Shown in pieces: positions 28,664-42,125 of a DNA stretch of 64,000 bases. Position numbers and translations under genes: made by a program. A model generated the notes under the pieces. That model was not told the DNA's origin and searched no databases. It saw only the letters and a program-made list of their open reading frames with translations. This DNA is from Octopus sinensis (lineage: Eukaryota), in assembly GCF_006345805.1 (NCBI RefSeq), contig NC_043005.1:34348001-34412000 (forward strand), written 5' to 3'. Positions within the stretch are counted from its first letter, which is position 1, and each line of letters starts with the position of its first letter.

Positions 28664-29943
28664 TTGGGTCTTCCCATAAATAATGTGTTTTTTTTCAATT
28701 GCACGAACTAAAATTCGGAAGCTGATAGGATAAACTACCTGCATCAACTTGCTATAAAAGCAGATAGTAATTTTACTTTGTCCTTATTCTTAGTGTAAGT
28801 TTTGAAGAGTGCAGTACAATTTTAACAGTTATTTTTTCAAAGCTATAATGGAAGTGACAAAGAATATATTCGGCATATTTTGCTTTATGAATTCAGTAAA
28901 AACAACAACACAATGGAAAGTGCGAGGAATATTAATGCAGTATATTGAGATTGCACAATAAGTGTTAAGCCAGTGTCAATGATGGTTCCAGAAATTCTGA
29001 GCTGGAAACTACAGCCTATAAGACAAACCCCTCCCTGGTAGATCTATAGAGCTTGATGAGAATGTTCTCCAAACCCTGGTGGAGCAAAATCCCATTGTAA
29101 CTGTTGAGGAACTAGCAGAGAAACTTGGATGGATTTGGTTATTCAACCATTCACCAACACCTGTGTGCCATCAGAAAAGTTAGGAAATTGGGTCAATGAG
29201 TTCCTCACAATTTTTCCGAGTCTAATCACATGCAGAGAGTGAATGTGTGCTTTTCTTTGTCATGTCTCATAGTTGAACCTTTCTTGGACTGAATAGTGAC
29301 TGGTGATGAGAAATGGGTTCTCTATAAAAATGTCAAGTGCCAAAGACTGGGTAAGGAAAGGAGAAACACTGGCACTCCAGGCTAAAGAAGGTCTTCACCC
29401 ACATAAGGTGTTGTCATCTGTTTGGTGGGATATGAAAGGTTTAGTTCACTTTGAACTTTTAAACCCAAACCAAATGATAACAAAGGAGATCTACTGTAAG
29501 TAGCTTGAATGGCTTAAGTCAGCACTACAAGAAAAATGACCATCTTTAGTTTCAAGACAAAAAGTGTTTTTCCATCAGGATAATGCTCATTCACATACAG
29601 TGAGGACGACATTCCAAAAGCTGGAGCACTTTGAGTGGGAAACAATGCCTCACCCACCATATTCACTGGACAGTGCCCCATCTGATTATCATTTATTCTG
29701 CAGTCTTTAAAATCATTTGGATGGAAAATATATGAATTCTGTAGACGAGATCACAACAGTACTGAAGGAGCATTTTTCGTCATGGAGAAGTGAATTTTGG
29801 AAGAGAGGCCTTGCAAGCCTACCACATAGATGTAAGAGCATTGTAGAAAATGAAGAAGAGGATATTTTAGATTAAAAAGAACTTTATCTTAATTTTGAAA
29901 AATAAAAATATAAAAAAACTGCATTATTTATGGGATGACCCAA
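28664..29943 (+). mobile_element. Near full-length mariner (DD34D), 1280 bp, pseudogenised transposase 28848-29875
   Basis: TIRs ttgggtcttcccataaataatg / cattatttatgggatgacccaa; IVTGDEKWVLY, HQD-x34-D with HPPYSLDSAPSDYHLF; internal stops and frameshifts. Confidence 0.95.
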
Positions 29944-29989
29944 TTCATTATATACACGTGCTCTCTCTCTCTCTCACACACACACTCAT

Positions 29990-30093
29990 ATATATACATG
30001 TACATAAATACATTCTGTCATATATATAAATAAAGCCATATATATAATATATACACACACACATTATACACATGTATATATATATATATATGC

Positions 30094-30127
<34 letters not shown>

Positions 30128-30277
30128 GCATATATATGCATATATATATATATGCATATATATGCATATATATATATATATGCATATATATGCATATATA
30201 TATATATATGCATATATATGCATATATATATATATATATATATATGCATATATATGCATATATATATATATATATAT
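29990..30277. repeat. (TA)n array with periodic TGCA interruptions
   Basis: Directly visible. Confidence 0.95.
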
Positions 30278-31849
30278 GGTAATGTAGCAGTCCCAGGATG
30301 GGACGAATGTTACTCATATATATATATACATAAGACTCATTTTAGAAGTTGCTCTTGGTGTGCTCTCCATAGTATGTAAGAGTGGCAGATACCACACACA
30401 TACACATAACAATAGAAACTTGGATATGATTATGAATCAATTCCTTTTGGGGTTGATAAAATAAGTGCCAGTACTGGGGTTGATGTAATCGCTGGCCTTT
30501 TTTTTTAAGAAAAGTTTGTTCCTTATTGACTCTTTGGTACCTCAGAACCTTAATTCTTGACAGATGGCTGTTTAGCTAAAAAATAGAAAGCTATGTTCAT
30601 AATAAGTTAATGGTACAAACATGTAATGATATATATGATTTTATCAACATTTATTCCTGACTGTATTATTGTCATTTAAATGACAGTAAAGCAAATTTTG
30701 AGGTCATTTGTTGGTAGTAGAAACACTGAAGATCCAAAGATCTCTGGTCCAATCCCAAGTTTTGTCATATTAGCGAGGTTGAAATTATTACTATCATAAT
30801 TATTCATATATACTATGTACCACTATTTTGGGGCAAAGAAAGCTTGTAAAATATACTTTGTGTATAATATACACAAGACTTTATCTTTGAGGAAATCAGC
30901 AATAGTGGGGAATGTTAAAAAATACCTTGGCCTTTTAGAATTACCATAATGAATCTATACTTCAAAATAGGTGAACCATGCTCCATCCTCTAATTTTTTT
31001 TGTGTTTGATTTTTTTTCTATATTTTTTTTCTAAGCAACTCTGGATTTTTGAGTTTTGAATGTTGGACATTCTGTGTTTATGTTAAAATTGCATCATTTA
31101 ATATATATTTGATCTTTTTTTTTGTGTGTGTGTGTGTGTGTGTGTTTTGATCATGTTTGATTCTTATTGTAAAACAGACAGTTAGATTTCTCCATTCATA
31201 AATTTCTTTCCCAATGACTTTCATATCAAAAAACCCTCATTTTGTTTACTTTCATGAGGATTTAATTTTTTTTAATAAGGAAGGTTTCATTTTCAAAATT
31301 GCTTACTTTGTCATCATCATCATTTTTACACCCAAAGGTTGGACAAAACCTTTTTAACAAGCTTTCTGCCATTTGTTGCATTTCTTCTCATCTCTTTTGT
31401 GAGGTTTGGCTTCTTGATATTAGCCTTCATTTCCGCTCATGTCTCTTTTAGTCTTCCTTTTTTTACCAGCTGTTATCATCCACATATATTACATGCCATA
31501 CCAGTGCAGCCATTGCTGGTATGAACATGTAATGTTTCATAAGTTAACTAAGAGTCTTTGAGAAATGAAAATGGTACTATATAATTTCTTTCAAATAATT
31601 TGTTTCAGTTAATCTATTGTCACAAGAAAATAAATACTTTTTTTCTTGAAATATGCTTTAGATTTCTAAATTTTGAATGCTCACATCACATGTCATTACA
31701 TCAAGTAATATTATATATATATATATATACACACACTAATATACATATTAGTATACTAATACAGCGTTATAGTAATACATCTGTTTGTTGTCTACACCAC
31801 TTGTCTTCGTCTTTTGTTTTTTTGTGAATTCTCCCTATATATAAATATT

Positions 31850-31892
31850 ATATTATATATATATATATATATACATACACACACACACATAT

Positions 31893-31955
<63 letters not shown>

Positions 31956-31956
31956 G

Positions 31957-32030
<74 letters not shown>
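31850..32030. repeat. (TA)n microsatellite
   Basis: Directly visible. Confidence 0.98.
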
Positions 32031-34375
32031 AGTTATTTTGATTGCGTTTAGCTTGAGTCATGGAACAGATCGATCTTTTACAAATTTCTTTTTTCCTTGA
32101 AATCCGTCAAATAAGTATTTGCATTTTGGTTATATTTCATAAAAAAAGTACCCTTTGATCTTTACTAGTGTTGGCTGTAAAACTGCATCTATTATCTACA
32201 GACAGTTATAATTTGTTTGTTGTTTTCCTAGAGACTCAATTTACTTTTAATAATGATATACTCAGTTTTAATACATGTTGCTACAGCTGAACAAACATTT
32301 CTGTAAAGATTTTAAAGATTTTAAATCTCCTCAGAACTTTCTTTTATGCAGTTTTCTTTTTCTAAATGTTCTTTGGATTTAGTTGTATTGAACATTAGAC
32401 ATTTAGGATCTGGTAATTTTTTTTAAATAAAAAAAAAATTTTGCAATATATATAATTTAATATAATGTTAAAATCATTGAATAAAATAGAAAATATTTTT
32501 ATATATATTATGTATATACTAAATGATTTAAACATCTCAACAATATATATCGACTGGATGGTCATGACTGGAACACATTTGAATTGATACTACGGAAGGT
32601 TATTGGAATAAAATTTTTGGGAGTGTAGAAGTAAATAAACAGAGATTAAAGTGAATAAACAGAAACTAAGTACCTTCTATCCTTTTGTACTGTTTCTATT
32701 TTGGTTTTACATTTTATTTCTGAATTGTTTCAATGTGTGAATGAGATATTAGTAAGATAGTTAACAACCTTGAGTAATAATGGTCTGAAGGAGATATTTA
32801 TGAAATATAAGGAACATTTAATATATTTTCACTGTCATGATAAAATGTATTATAGTGATTCATAATCTGACACACCAGGTAATAGATATGTTAGGCCATT
32901 CCAAATATGGCTACAGAGAATGAGTGACATTTAGCTTTACCCTTTATATAATGGGTAAAATACACATCCATAAATTTTAGATTTAAAAATTTGTGGAAAA
33001 AAATGTTTATTATTATATAGTAATCAAAATTTGTGTAGTTTGACTTAGTGAGAGTATTAGAAGGGAGAGCTTTTGGGGTTATATATATACATATTGATGT
33101 TTAATCATTGTTATAATAAGACTAACCAAAATATGATAGAAGAAATTGTTCCAAATTTCTTTCAGCCAGCTTATATATGCTATAAGATACAGATTGGAAA
33201 AGTTTAAGAAATGTAAAAAAAAATGTATAAAACAAGAAAATCAAGAAAAATGTTTCTAACATTTTTCTATTTTTTTTTTTTAAGATATCATTATGAAAAC
33301 TTTACCCTATGTTGGAAAAAATCCATTATAATTGCTAAATTTTGTTTATTTTGAAAAACTGTGTGCAATTTTCTGTGATAATCTTTGATGCTAAGGAATT
33401 ATTAGGGAAACTCTGGAAGTTTATTTTGTCTTATCTAATGAAAGTTGGAATATTTGAAAATAATTTTTAGTTTTGGAGAATAATTTTTGTGAATTGTCCT
33501 TAATTGTTCTTTGTCTCTGTACAAATTTCTGTTGAATTGGTTAAGCTAGTGGACCAAATGAAAGAAGTTAATTAAGATAACAAATGTTTAATAAATATGA
33601 TCACATTGAACAATTCAAATATAATTATTCAAGAATTTGATTGTATTTGTATGTTAAAATGTATTTCAATCAGCACAATGTTTTTCCCAATCTTTGATCC
33701 TGTTCTTAGAATTAGCATTAGTCTTTAATTGCTTATTTCAACTGCTTTGTACTCATCTTGCTGTCAGTTGACATTGACAAACTTAGTTGTGATGATTTTA
33801 GTTTCTTTATTGCTAATGAGGATTTAGTTAGATATTTGCTTACAGCACTCAGATGTTTGCATACTGCCTTGCCACGTGCATACTCCTATCACCAGCACTA
33901 CATCCTATCACAAGCAATGGCACCACTGTTAAAAATGGTATTTAAGTACTCCTTTTGCTCCAAATTCAGGCCCACTCTACTCTTATCGAGGCTGTTGGAT
34001 TTTAACCTACCTCAGAATCATCATCCATGACTAGGCAAGCAGAACTTAGTGCCAACAGATATCCAGGGACATGATGTCCATTTCTCATTCGTTTTCTTCA
34101 CCTTCTGCATTTCGGTCTTCATACCGGAATCTTATGCGAACTTTGGGATCTCCTATTCGATCTAATTCTGTTGAGGTCAGTTTTTGCCATCTAGTCTTTT
34201 CTTTAAATTGCCTTTGTTTTTTAATTTATGAATTTGTGATTTATATGTTAATATGTTAGTAGAAAAAGAAATTATCTTTGATAGATGTAACAGTGTTGTT
34301 GGATGCTAAGAGAATTTGCTGTTGATTTTGTTATCAATGTTGATGTTCTTTTGCAGATTATTTTACACTATAATC

Positions 34376-34593
34376 AAAGTGGTAAGCTGGAAGAATTTTT
34401 ACATTGTCGGACAAAATGCTTAGCAGAATTTCATTTGGTTCTTTACATTCTGAGTCCAAATTCCACTGAGGTCGTCTTTACCTTTCATCCTTTTGGGGGT
34501 CGATAAAAAAAGTACCAGTTGACCACTGGAGTTGATGTAATCAACTTAGCTCACTCACCTCAAATTGTTGGCCATGTGCCAAAATTTGAAACC
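34376..34593 (+). mobile_element. Full-length tRNA-derived SINE (same family as 27496)
   Basis: Collinear with 27496-27709, including ggggtcgataaaaaaagtaccag and the gtgccaaaatttgaaacc end. Confidence 0.85.
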
Positions 34594-35545
34594 ATTATTT
34601 TTATACTGAAATAGCATTCTGATTTCTAACAACTTAAAAATATTTAATATTTACTGACTTCTTTTTCTTTATTTTGCTGTTTTTTTTTATTTATAATTAC
34701 AGAAGTAATGTTCAGCTCACTCATGGATTTGGGTGGTTGAGGATTGTTTCATCAAAATTGTTTTCAATAAAATACAGAGAATGATGAGAAGAAAATTCAA
34801 TAGTTGATATTTCTTATTTTGAAAGTGAGAAAATGGAATATTATTTAAGATTGATAATGGCTAATGAGTTTCCAGTTATTTTAAATCTTAAAAAGAACAT
34901 TTTTATCAATTTTGTTACAGGATGGAATTAGAAATAATTTGTAAAATGTATTTATTGAAATGCTTTCTATATTCTGAAATTAGTTACATTTTTATTTAAG
35001 TAGATAGTGACATTGATGAATTACTTGCATAAAGTTAAATACCAATTGTCTTTGGAATTATGTTACATTGTTTTGCTAAGGAGGCAGATGTAGCTGAGTT
35101 GATAAGGGGATAGTTGCAACTGAGTTTTTAAGGAGACAGGGTTTTAATCAAAGCCTTGACTATTTATCTCTGCTGCATTTGCACCTAACAAAATGACACA
35201 GTTTACTTATCAGCTACTAGGTATTGACTTAAGGTATAGTTCACTACTATAAACAGAACTGTATGACTGACAATGTTTGTAAATTAAAAGTGGTGAGTTG
35301 AAATTCTCCTGAGAACTAAAACAACATAGGAAGCCACTCCAGTATTTTACTTTGATGTTAACAATGCCAACATGTATTTTACAGACAAGAAAATAAATTT
35401 TGAATGCAATAAAGCTGTACTGCATTCCAAATTTACTTGTCTGTAAAATACCAATCACATTCGATGCTTCCAAAGTTTGTTTGAAAAATGTCGTCACATT
35501 TCAAAAGCTATAATTTAGCTTTAAAATTGACGGTAAGTATCAGTA

Positions 35546-35616
35546 GGCCATTTAGCATAATGATAGAGTACTTAGCCAGTATCTGAGGGGTACAAGTTCA
35601 ACTCCCATAGCTGTCT
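35546..35616 (+). pseudogene. tRNA-like relic (Thr-AGT-like anticodon arm)
   Basis: A-box tagcataatgatag, B-box agttcaactcc, anticodon stem cttag/ctgag around ccAGTat; acceptor and T stems broken. Confidence 0.45.
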
Positions 35617-36740
35617 GCCGGCAACTTTTTTCCATCTTATAAGAATAAAATACCGTCTTTCTGCTGTTTTCACCGCTATACTGCATTCGAAATTTACTTT
35701 CTAGTCTGTAAAATACAAAAACACATACAATGCTTACAAAGTTTGTTTATAAAATGTTATCGAATACTAATATGCATTTTTCCATCGGTGTCTCTGCTAC
35801 CAAATTCATTACAGGTTGTTAGTTTTACTTTATGAAAGTGAAGTTATTGATTGAAAATTGACCTTTGTTAAATTGGAGGGAAAAATACTTCCTTTTCCTG
35901 ATAAGTGATATTAATGTAAAAAAGGGAAAAAATAAATTTAACTGTCTAAAAATAATTTTCCTTTTTTTTTTTGCAAATTAAACTTTATAAATACCTGAAA
36001 TATAAGACTTTGGCAATGTGACAATGTTTATATTAATTACACTAGTTTTATCTGAAAATTAAAAGAAATCATTAAATCACCTCTTTGTTTCTATTCATCT
36101 GTTTAAACAAAAATTCCACCTGTATTTTACTATTCAAAAATTTTATTTTGTAGATTAACATATTACAACTAATAATCTCGCAACGTAAAAAAATTATTAA
36201 AGATAACTAGTTATTTGTTCTCTTTGGACTAAAATCTCAAGAAAACAGCTAAAGGTTATTTCAACTTAACACTTTATTTGTAGACTATTAAAATAAGTAA
36301 TCATAAAACATCAGATCAGAATATTTGTTCAGCTCACTGTTTAAAATGTTATGTTTATGAAATAGTTTGTTTCTGTTCTGATTTCAATCATGTTAAACAA
36401 TGCTTATTTCAAAACAGATAGTATTGATTGTGTAATTATAGAGTTTTGGCATACTACCAGGAGTATTTCAGCAGGTATAAAACAGTTTTCTGTCTTCATT
36501 TGAGTTACTATAGTCACATCCTGCTATAAAAAGAAAATATTATTGGGAGATGTCTGCAAATAGAAATGATCTGATAACAAATAACCTGTTTCATGAACTG
36601 TTGTCATTACAAATTTATATTCTTCCATACAGCATTTCATTTTAAATAATTGGAAACAACAAAATATTTCCAAGTGTTTGAAATGTGGCAACCATTGCAG
36701 AATTGTTGAACTTTACACTTATTACATACTATAATATTAT

Positions 36741-37065
36741 CTGGCCTCCATGCCGGTCGCACGTAAAAAGCACCATCCAATCGTGGCTGTTGCCAGCCTC
36801 ACCTGGCTTCCGTGCCGGTGGCACATAAAAAGCACCTTCCGATCGTGGCCGTTTGCCAGCCTTGTCTGGCACCTGTGCCGGTGGCACGTAAAAAGCTCCC
36901 CCTACACTCACGGAGTGGTTGGCGTTAGGAAGGGCATCCAGCCGTAGAAACATTGCTAGATCAGACTGGGCCTGGTGCAGCCTTCTGGCTTCCCAGACCC
37001 CAGTTGAACCGTCCAACCCATGCTAGCATGGAAAGCAGACGCTAAACGATGATGATGATGATGAT
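36741..37065 (+). mobile_element. RTE 3'-tail copy with three ~60-bp units and (GAT)n tail
   Basis: Collinear with 63020-63372. Confidence 0.9.
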
Positions 37066-37094
37066 TGTTTTGAACTATACCATTTAAACTATTA

Positions 37095-37649
37095 TTATTA
37101 TTATTGAATGAGAGAGCTTGCCATCAAAGTGATACTGCGATAAAATATACGAAGCCCAGTATACCCATCATGACTACTCGTCTGATAAGGGTACACCAAG
37201 TACATGCATCACAACCATATGTGCACGACATGGTGATCTCTTATCGAGATAAACAGTGCATGACTTTGCAGGTGGGGCCCAGTTAGAATTTTCTTCAAGT
37301 TGAGTAGCTCATCCCACTAAAATGATCCTTGAATAAGGGTTGTTTAAGGATGTTGAGTGAAACAGCCATGTTTCCAGAGGTGAAAAATTCAAACTCCAAA
37401 GAATTCCTCTCAACTCATGGCTGTGATGCTTCCCCACTACTTCTGTTCATGATCAAAGATGCACATATTGTTTGCCAACAAAGAACATGCTCAACTGGTT
37501 AAGGTCAAAAAACTGACAAGCAAGTCTGTGGTATTGAATATTTGCTGTAGCCCATTTGTTATACCAAGACAAAACAATGTACATGATAACACTTCTAATC
37601 AGTTAAGATCAGAAGCTATGAGAGCCACTGCCTGGTACTGCACCAGGGC

Positions 37650-37665
<16 letters not shown>
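37095..37665 (-). mobile_element. Probable non-LTR retrotransposon 3' UTR inserted in (TAA)n (Dong/R4-like behaviour)
   Basis: 570-bp non-coding unit bounded by (ATT)n on both sides; clade assignment is inference from the TAA-repeat target. Confidence 0.45.
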
Positions 37666-37680
<15 letters not shown>

Positions 37681-38824
37681 TATTACATATATTTAACTTT
37701 TAGAGAACATTGTTTTTAGATCTATTACTTTTGTTGAAGCATTAATTTCATGAAAGAAGAATTATACCTGATAATTGTAATTGATAATGCTTCATTCTTT
37801 TCCTTTATTTTCTCTCACATATTTCTCTAAGTAATAATGAAAATAAGAAAACTGAGATGTTAGATACTGAACAAGGAATGTAGGTTAAATAGAAAGTGAG
37901 CCAGTGGAGCTGACAAGGGTGCCAAGTATATAGATTCTATCTGAGACAAATGGGACAACTTTTAAAGATAGTAACTAAGGTGTTAATCATTAAGAGGGTG
38001 TGGCAGACGTTACATACATTCTTAGTTGACTGATTAGAAGGTGTATGAATGTGTATGACTGGTAAGACAACAGTATTGTCAATTGTTGAAATTGTTAGAA
38101 GATATAAAATTTCAGTAACAGAAATTTAAGTAACGATAGTAATAGAAACAACCACAGTGAAATTAATAATAGATACACATTTGGGGCTTAAAATATGCAT
38201 TATTTCAGTCACAAAATATCATTATTGGGTTCACATATTCTGTAGTTTTATTCAACACTCTACTGATTATACAATATGCTTTTAATAATTTCTAACATTT
38301 ATTTAGTGGTCCAATAAGAAAGCCTCTGTTGTTGCTTGACATGCTAGAGGCGACAGCAAAGTATCTTTCAAATTACACCCCTACAACTTTAAAAAGGAAG
38401 GACACATTACACAATGTGGTCTTGGATGCATTATATCTGGATAGAAGAAGGAATGCTCATGACTGGAACACTTTTGATTGTAAGCTTCCCTACCAGTTTG
38501 ATACCAATATACATCACTAATGACATATTTTATTGACCCTCTAGAATGATGGAAGGTAAATTTAGTCATAGTAGAATGTGATATCAAAATGTAACAGGTT
38601 GGAAGTCGCTATTACAAAACAATTTGTCCAGTACCATCAACATTACTACCATTAGTGATGTACAAAAGCAGAATTGCAGTTGGTGTGGGTTTTGACCAAG
38701 TTGTATGCTACATTGGTCACAATAAATTTAAGTAATCATGTGATGACCCATAATAAAACCTCTTACAAGAATATGTTTGCAATGAGAAAACATGATCATG
38801 TTTGAAATCAAATTATTTTGAAAA

Positions 38825-38873
<49 letters not shown>

Positions 38874-39689
38874 TACTAATCCTTGACCTATCATAACATT
38901 GAGAATGTGACAGCTGACAGTTGAAATGGTTGCACTAGCACTAGGTTGGTAGTTGTTTTCAGCTGGGTAAACTGAAAGGAAGTGCCTTGCTCAAGGACAA
39001 AATGTACCACCTGGTTCAAGAATTGAACCAATGATGTCATGATCATGAACCCAAGAAATGTAATAAGAACTTTCTACAAGTATCATTTTGATTGGTCCAT
39101 CTATTTTACTTTAATGAGGTGGAGAAAATATACTGCATGTCCAGTAACTTTGTAGCAATAATAATTAAAATTCAGCTTAAAATCATTTAATCTGTTTTAT
39201 ATTGATTTTGTAGTTAATAAAATCACAAATTTCCAGTCTAAACTGCATCTTTTCAGTGTGATGAAATTTAAGATTGGCAGAATCAAGATAGTTTTTGAAA
39301 TAAGGAAGATATTGAATATAATACTGGTAAAATCTCTGCAAAAGGCATTGATTTTGATTTTGATTTTTCCAGTTTCAGCTAATGAGCTGTGGCCATGCTG
39401 GGGCACCGCATATTTGTTTTTATTTTAGAAAAATTGAATTGACAAAATACTTTGATGTTGCTTTTGCTGGGAGAATGTGCCAAGAAAGGAATAGCAATCT
39501 GATTGGATTGATGAAATATTTAAATAATCCTCGTTTAATTTGGGATGAACTCGACTCATTTCTTACTTTGCAATCAGAAACTTGGTTGCCAAATATGGCA
39601 AAGAAATGGTTTGGAAGAATGTCAACCACTTCATAAGACTTCCCTTCTTATTCTGAGTTAGAACTCATGATAACTAAATCACTCACTCC

Positions 39690-40010
39690 ATCTCCATTTA
39701 ATATTTACTTTTCTATGCTTGCATGGAGCAGATGGAATTCAGTGAGACAGGTATTTTTTTATAGCTCAAAGCCTTTCTTGTCACCAACCCTCAATTGTTT
39801 CTATGTAAGGTAGTATTTTCTCTTGGCTGCTTGTTTGATGGTGACAGTTGTGCAATGTTAACACAAGGAAAGAGAGAGAGAGACACACACTCACACACAC
39901 ACACATGCACATACACAGATGAGGAGCATCTTTCAGTTTCAGTCTACCAAATCGGTTCATAAGGCTTTGGTCAGACTAGAAATATAGAAAACACTTACTT
40001 AAGGTACCAT
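39690..40010 (-). mobile_element. Composite CORE-like SINE, head truncated
   Basis: Parallels 5870-6245 (cttgtcaccaaccctca...; tttcagtttcagtctaccaaatc...aaggctttggtc). Confidence 0.65.
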
Positions 40011-40364
40011 CAAAAGAAAAATCCCTGCCACAGAGATTAAATGTTACCATTAATAAAACTTTTGACGACAATGCTATGATTTAAAAATTAAATATTGTCA
40101 GAGAGTTAGACTGCAGAAACTCTACCTTGCCCACTGTCCTATTCCTCCAACTTACATCAGTGTGGAGAGAGAGAAAGAGTCAGATAACAACTTTTCTGTA
40201 GTAAAACTCTTTGTTACAGAATTATTATCAAGCTCAAGTGACAATACCATCAACATTGCTTCTGGAGACTATATTATCAATTTGATTGAAATATCTTTTA
40301 ATAGTCAGGAAAATTTACATTTTCTTTCATTTTGGGATTTGGTTTGCAAGGTTCTTTATTTGAG

Positions 40365-40670
40365 TTTGTGCTTTGAAGCATATTTTGTTGTGTCTGGGGA
40401 GAGTCATTCTCTTTTAGTGCCTTATTATTTAACACACTCATTGGTAAAATTTCTTCTCATTTACTTATTTTTCCTAAAATTTTCATTGTGTTTTGCAACC
40501 TCTGCAATAGTCATTGACTCTGTCCAGCATCCGAGCTGCATTCTTTTTTTTTGTTTGTGTGCATGTGTGTGGGTTAGTGTGTGTGCATATGATTGTATGT
40601 ATGTATGTATGTATGTATGTATGTATGTGTATACGTTTGTAAGGTTGTGTATGCATGTATGTGTGTACAC
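40365..40670 (+). repeat. Solo copy of the outer arm of the 47.4-49.3 kb fold-back
   Basis: gtctggggagagtcattctcttttagtgccttattatttaacacactca... matches 47434 onward and the reverse complement of 49060-49245. Confidence 0.9.
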
Positions 40671-40782
40671 AACAATACATTTTCTTTAATTTTTGTAAAT
40701 TTTAAAAAGTTTTCTGTATAAGTATACATGTGTTTTAAATGGAATAAATGTTTTGAGGTTCATGAAAAACACCATTTGAGTG

Positions 40783-41000
40783 TGGCCATTGCCAGTACTG
40801 CCTGACTGGCCCTCATGCCAGTGACACATAAAGCACCCTCTACACACTCGGAGTGGTTGGCATTAGGAAGGGTATCCAGCTGTAGAAACTCTGCCAGATC
40901 AGCTTGGAGTCTCGTGTAGCCATCTGGCTCGCCAGTACTCAGTCGAACCATCCAACCCATTCCAGCCTCGAAAGTAGACGTTAAACGATGATGATGATGA
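40783..41000 (+). mobile_element. RTE 3'-tail copy
   Basis: cggagtggttggcattaggaagggtatccagctgtagaaac...aaacgatgatgatgatga. Confidence 0.85.
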
Positions 41001-41764
41001 GGATTGCTGCTTTCTAATGTTTGAAACCCTGAATTACTAAATAAGTGATTTAAAAAGGGAAAATAAAAAATATGAGGTCTCTTGTGAAATTCCTGGAAAT
41101 CTGCTTTTTTGTTTCTTTTTTTTTTGTTTCATACACTTGATTTCTCAGGAATAAGTTCTGGGAAACTGAGAAGCCCTAGTACATAGTACAGGGTTATGGC
41201 TGCATCATCATAATCATCATCACAACCTTGTACTAAAAGAAAAAATGGCTCCAATGAAGGAGAATTTTTTTTTAACTTTAGAATTTGTGAATTGTGGAAA
41301 GAAAATTTTTTAAAATTTACCTTTCTTTTGTATATGAACAGAAATTTTGACTCTTATAAAGAGTATCCATTTTTAATAGAAGTATTAATGCTACATAATA
41401 TTAGTTTAACACAAATAAACATTTGTGTATTGAATTAAAAGATTTATTTTGTATATTGTTTATATTATTAATTGTAATTTTGAATATTTTTATTAAAATT
41501 TTAGTTTGCTTTTCTTATTGAAAGATTAAGATGGGCTAAAAGCTAAATTTATGAAGAGCTATATTATGAAGTTGAATGTTTTATTTATTAATTTAAAGTT
41601 TTATGAGAGGAAGAAAGAAAGATAATATAAGCTCTATATTAACTGTATACTATTAAATGTTATCTAATCATCAAATAGATGAGGCTGCATCTCTCTCTTT
41701 CTCTCTCATGCACATACATACACATGTACACACATGAATGAATTTTGATGGGCAGATTGTTTCT

Positions 41765-42125
41765 TTTATCTTTTACTTGATTTATTAATTGGACTACAGC
41801 CATGTGTGTGTCATATCTTAAAGGGTTTAGTTGAACAAATCAACCACAGTACTTGTTTTTTATTAAGTCAGGCACTTATTCTCTGTGTCTTTTTTGTTAA
41901 ACTACTAAGTTACAGTGATGTAAACAAACAAGTTGCCAAGTGTTGAGGGGACAAACACACACACATCATGAGTTTCCATATAGTTTCCATCTCCCAAATT
42001 TACACACAAAGCAAAGTATTGGTCAGCCCTGAGCTATAGCAGACACTTGCCCAAGATGTCATTTAGTGGGATTTAACCCAAAATCATGTGGTTGCAAAGT
42101 GAGCTTCTTAACCACACAGCCATGC
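41765..42125 (-). mobile_element. Composite SINE: CORE-like head, (GT)n linker, Nin-like tail
   Basis: Head revcomp ggcatggctgtgtggttaagaagctc...; tail homologous to 8170-8290 and 59640-59715. Confidence 0.65.

Noticed and set aside
35546-35616. Functional tRNA-Thr gene
   Set aside because: Acceptor, D and T stems are broken; kept only as a relic.
40162-40689. 175-aa and 167-aa (47430) ORFs sharing GESHSLLVPYYLTHSLVKF
   Set aside because: The shared peptide reflects the non-coding fold-back arm and runs into microsatellite.
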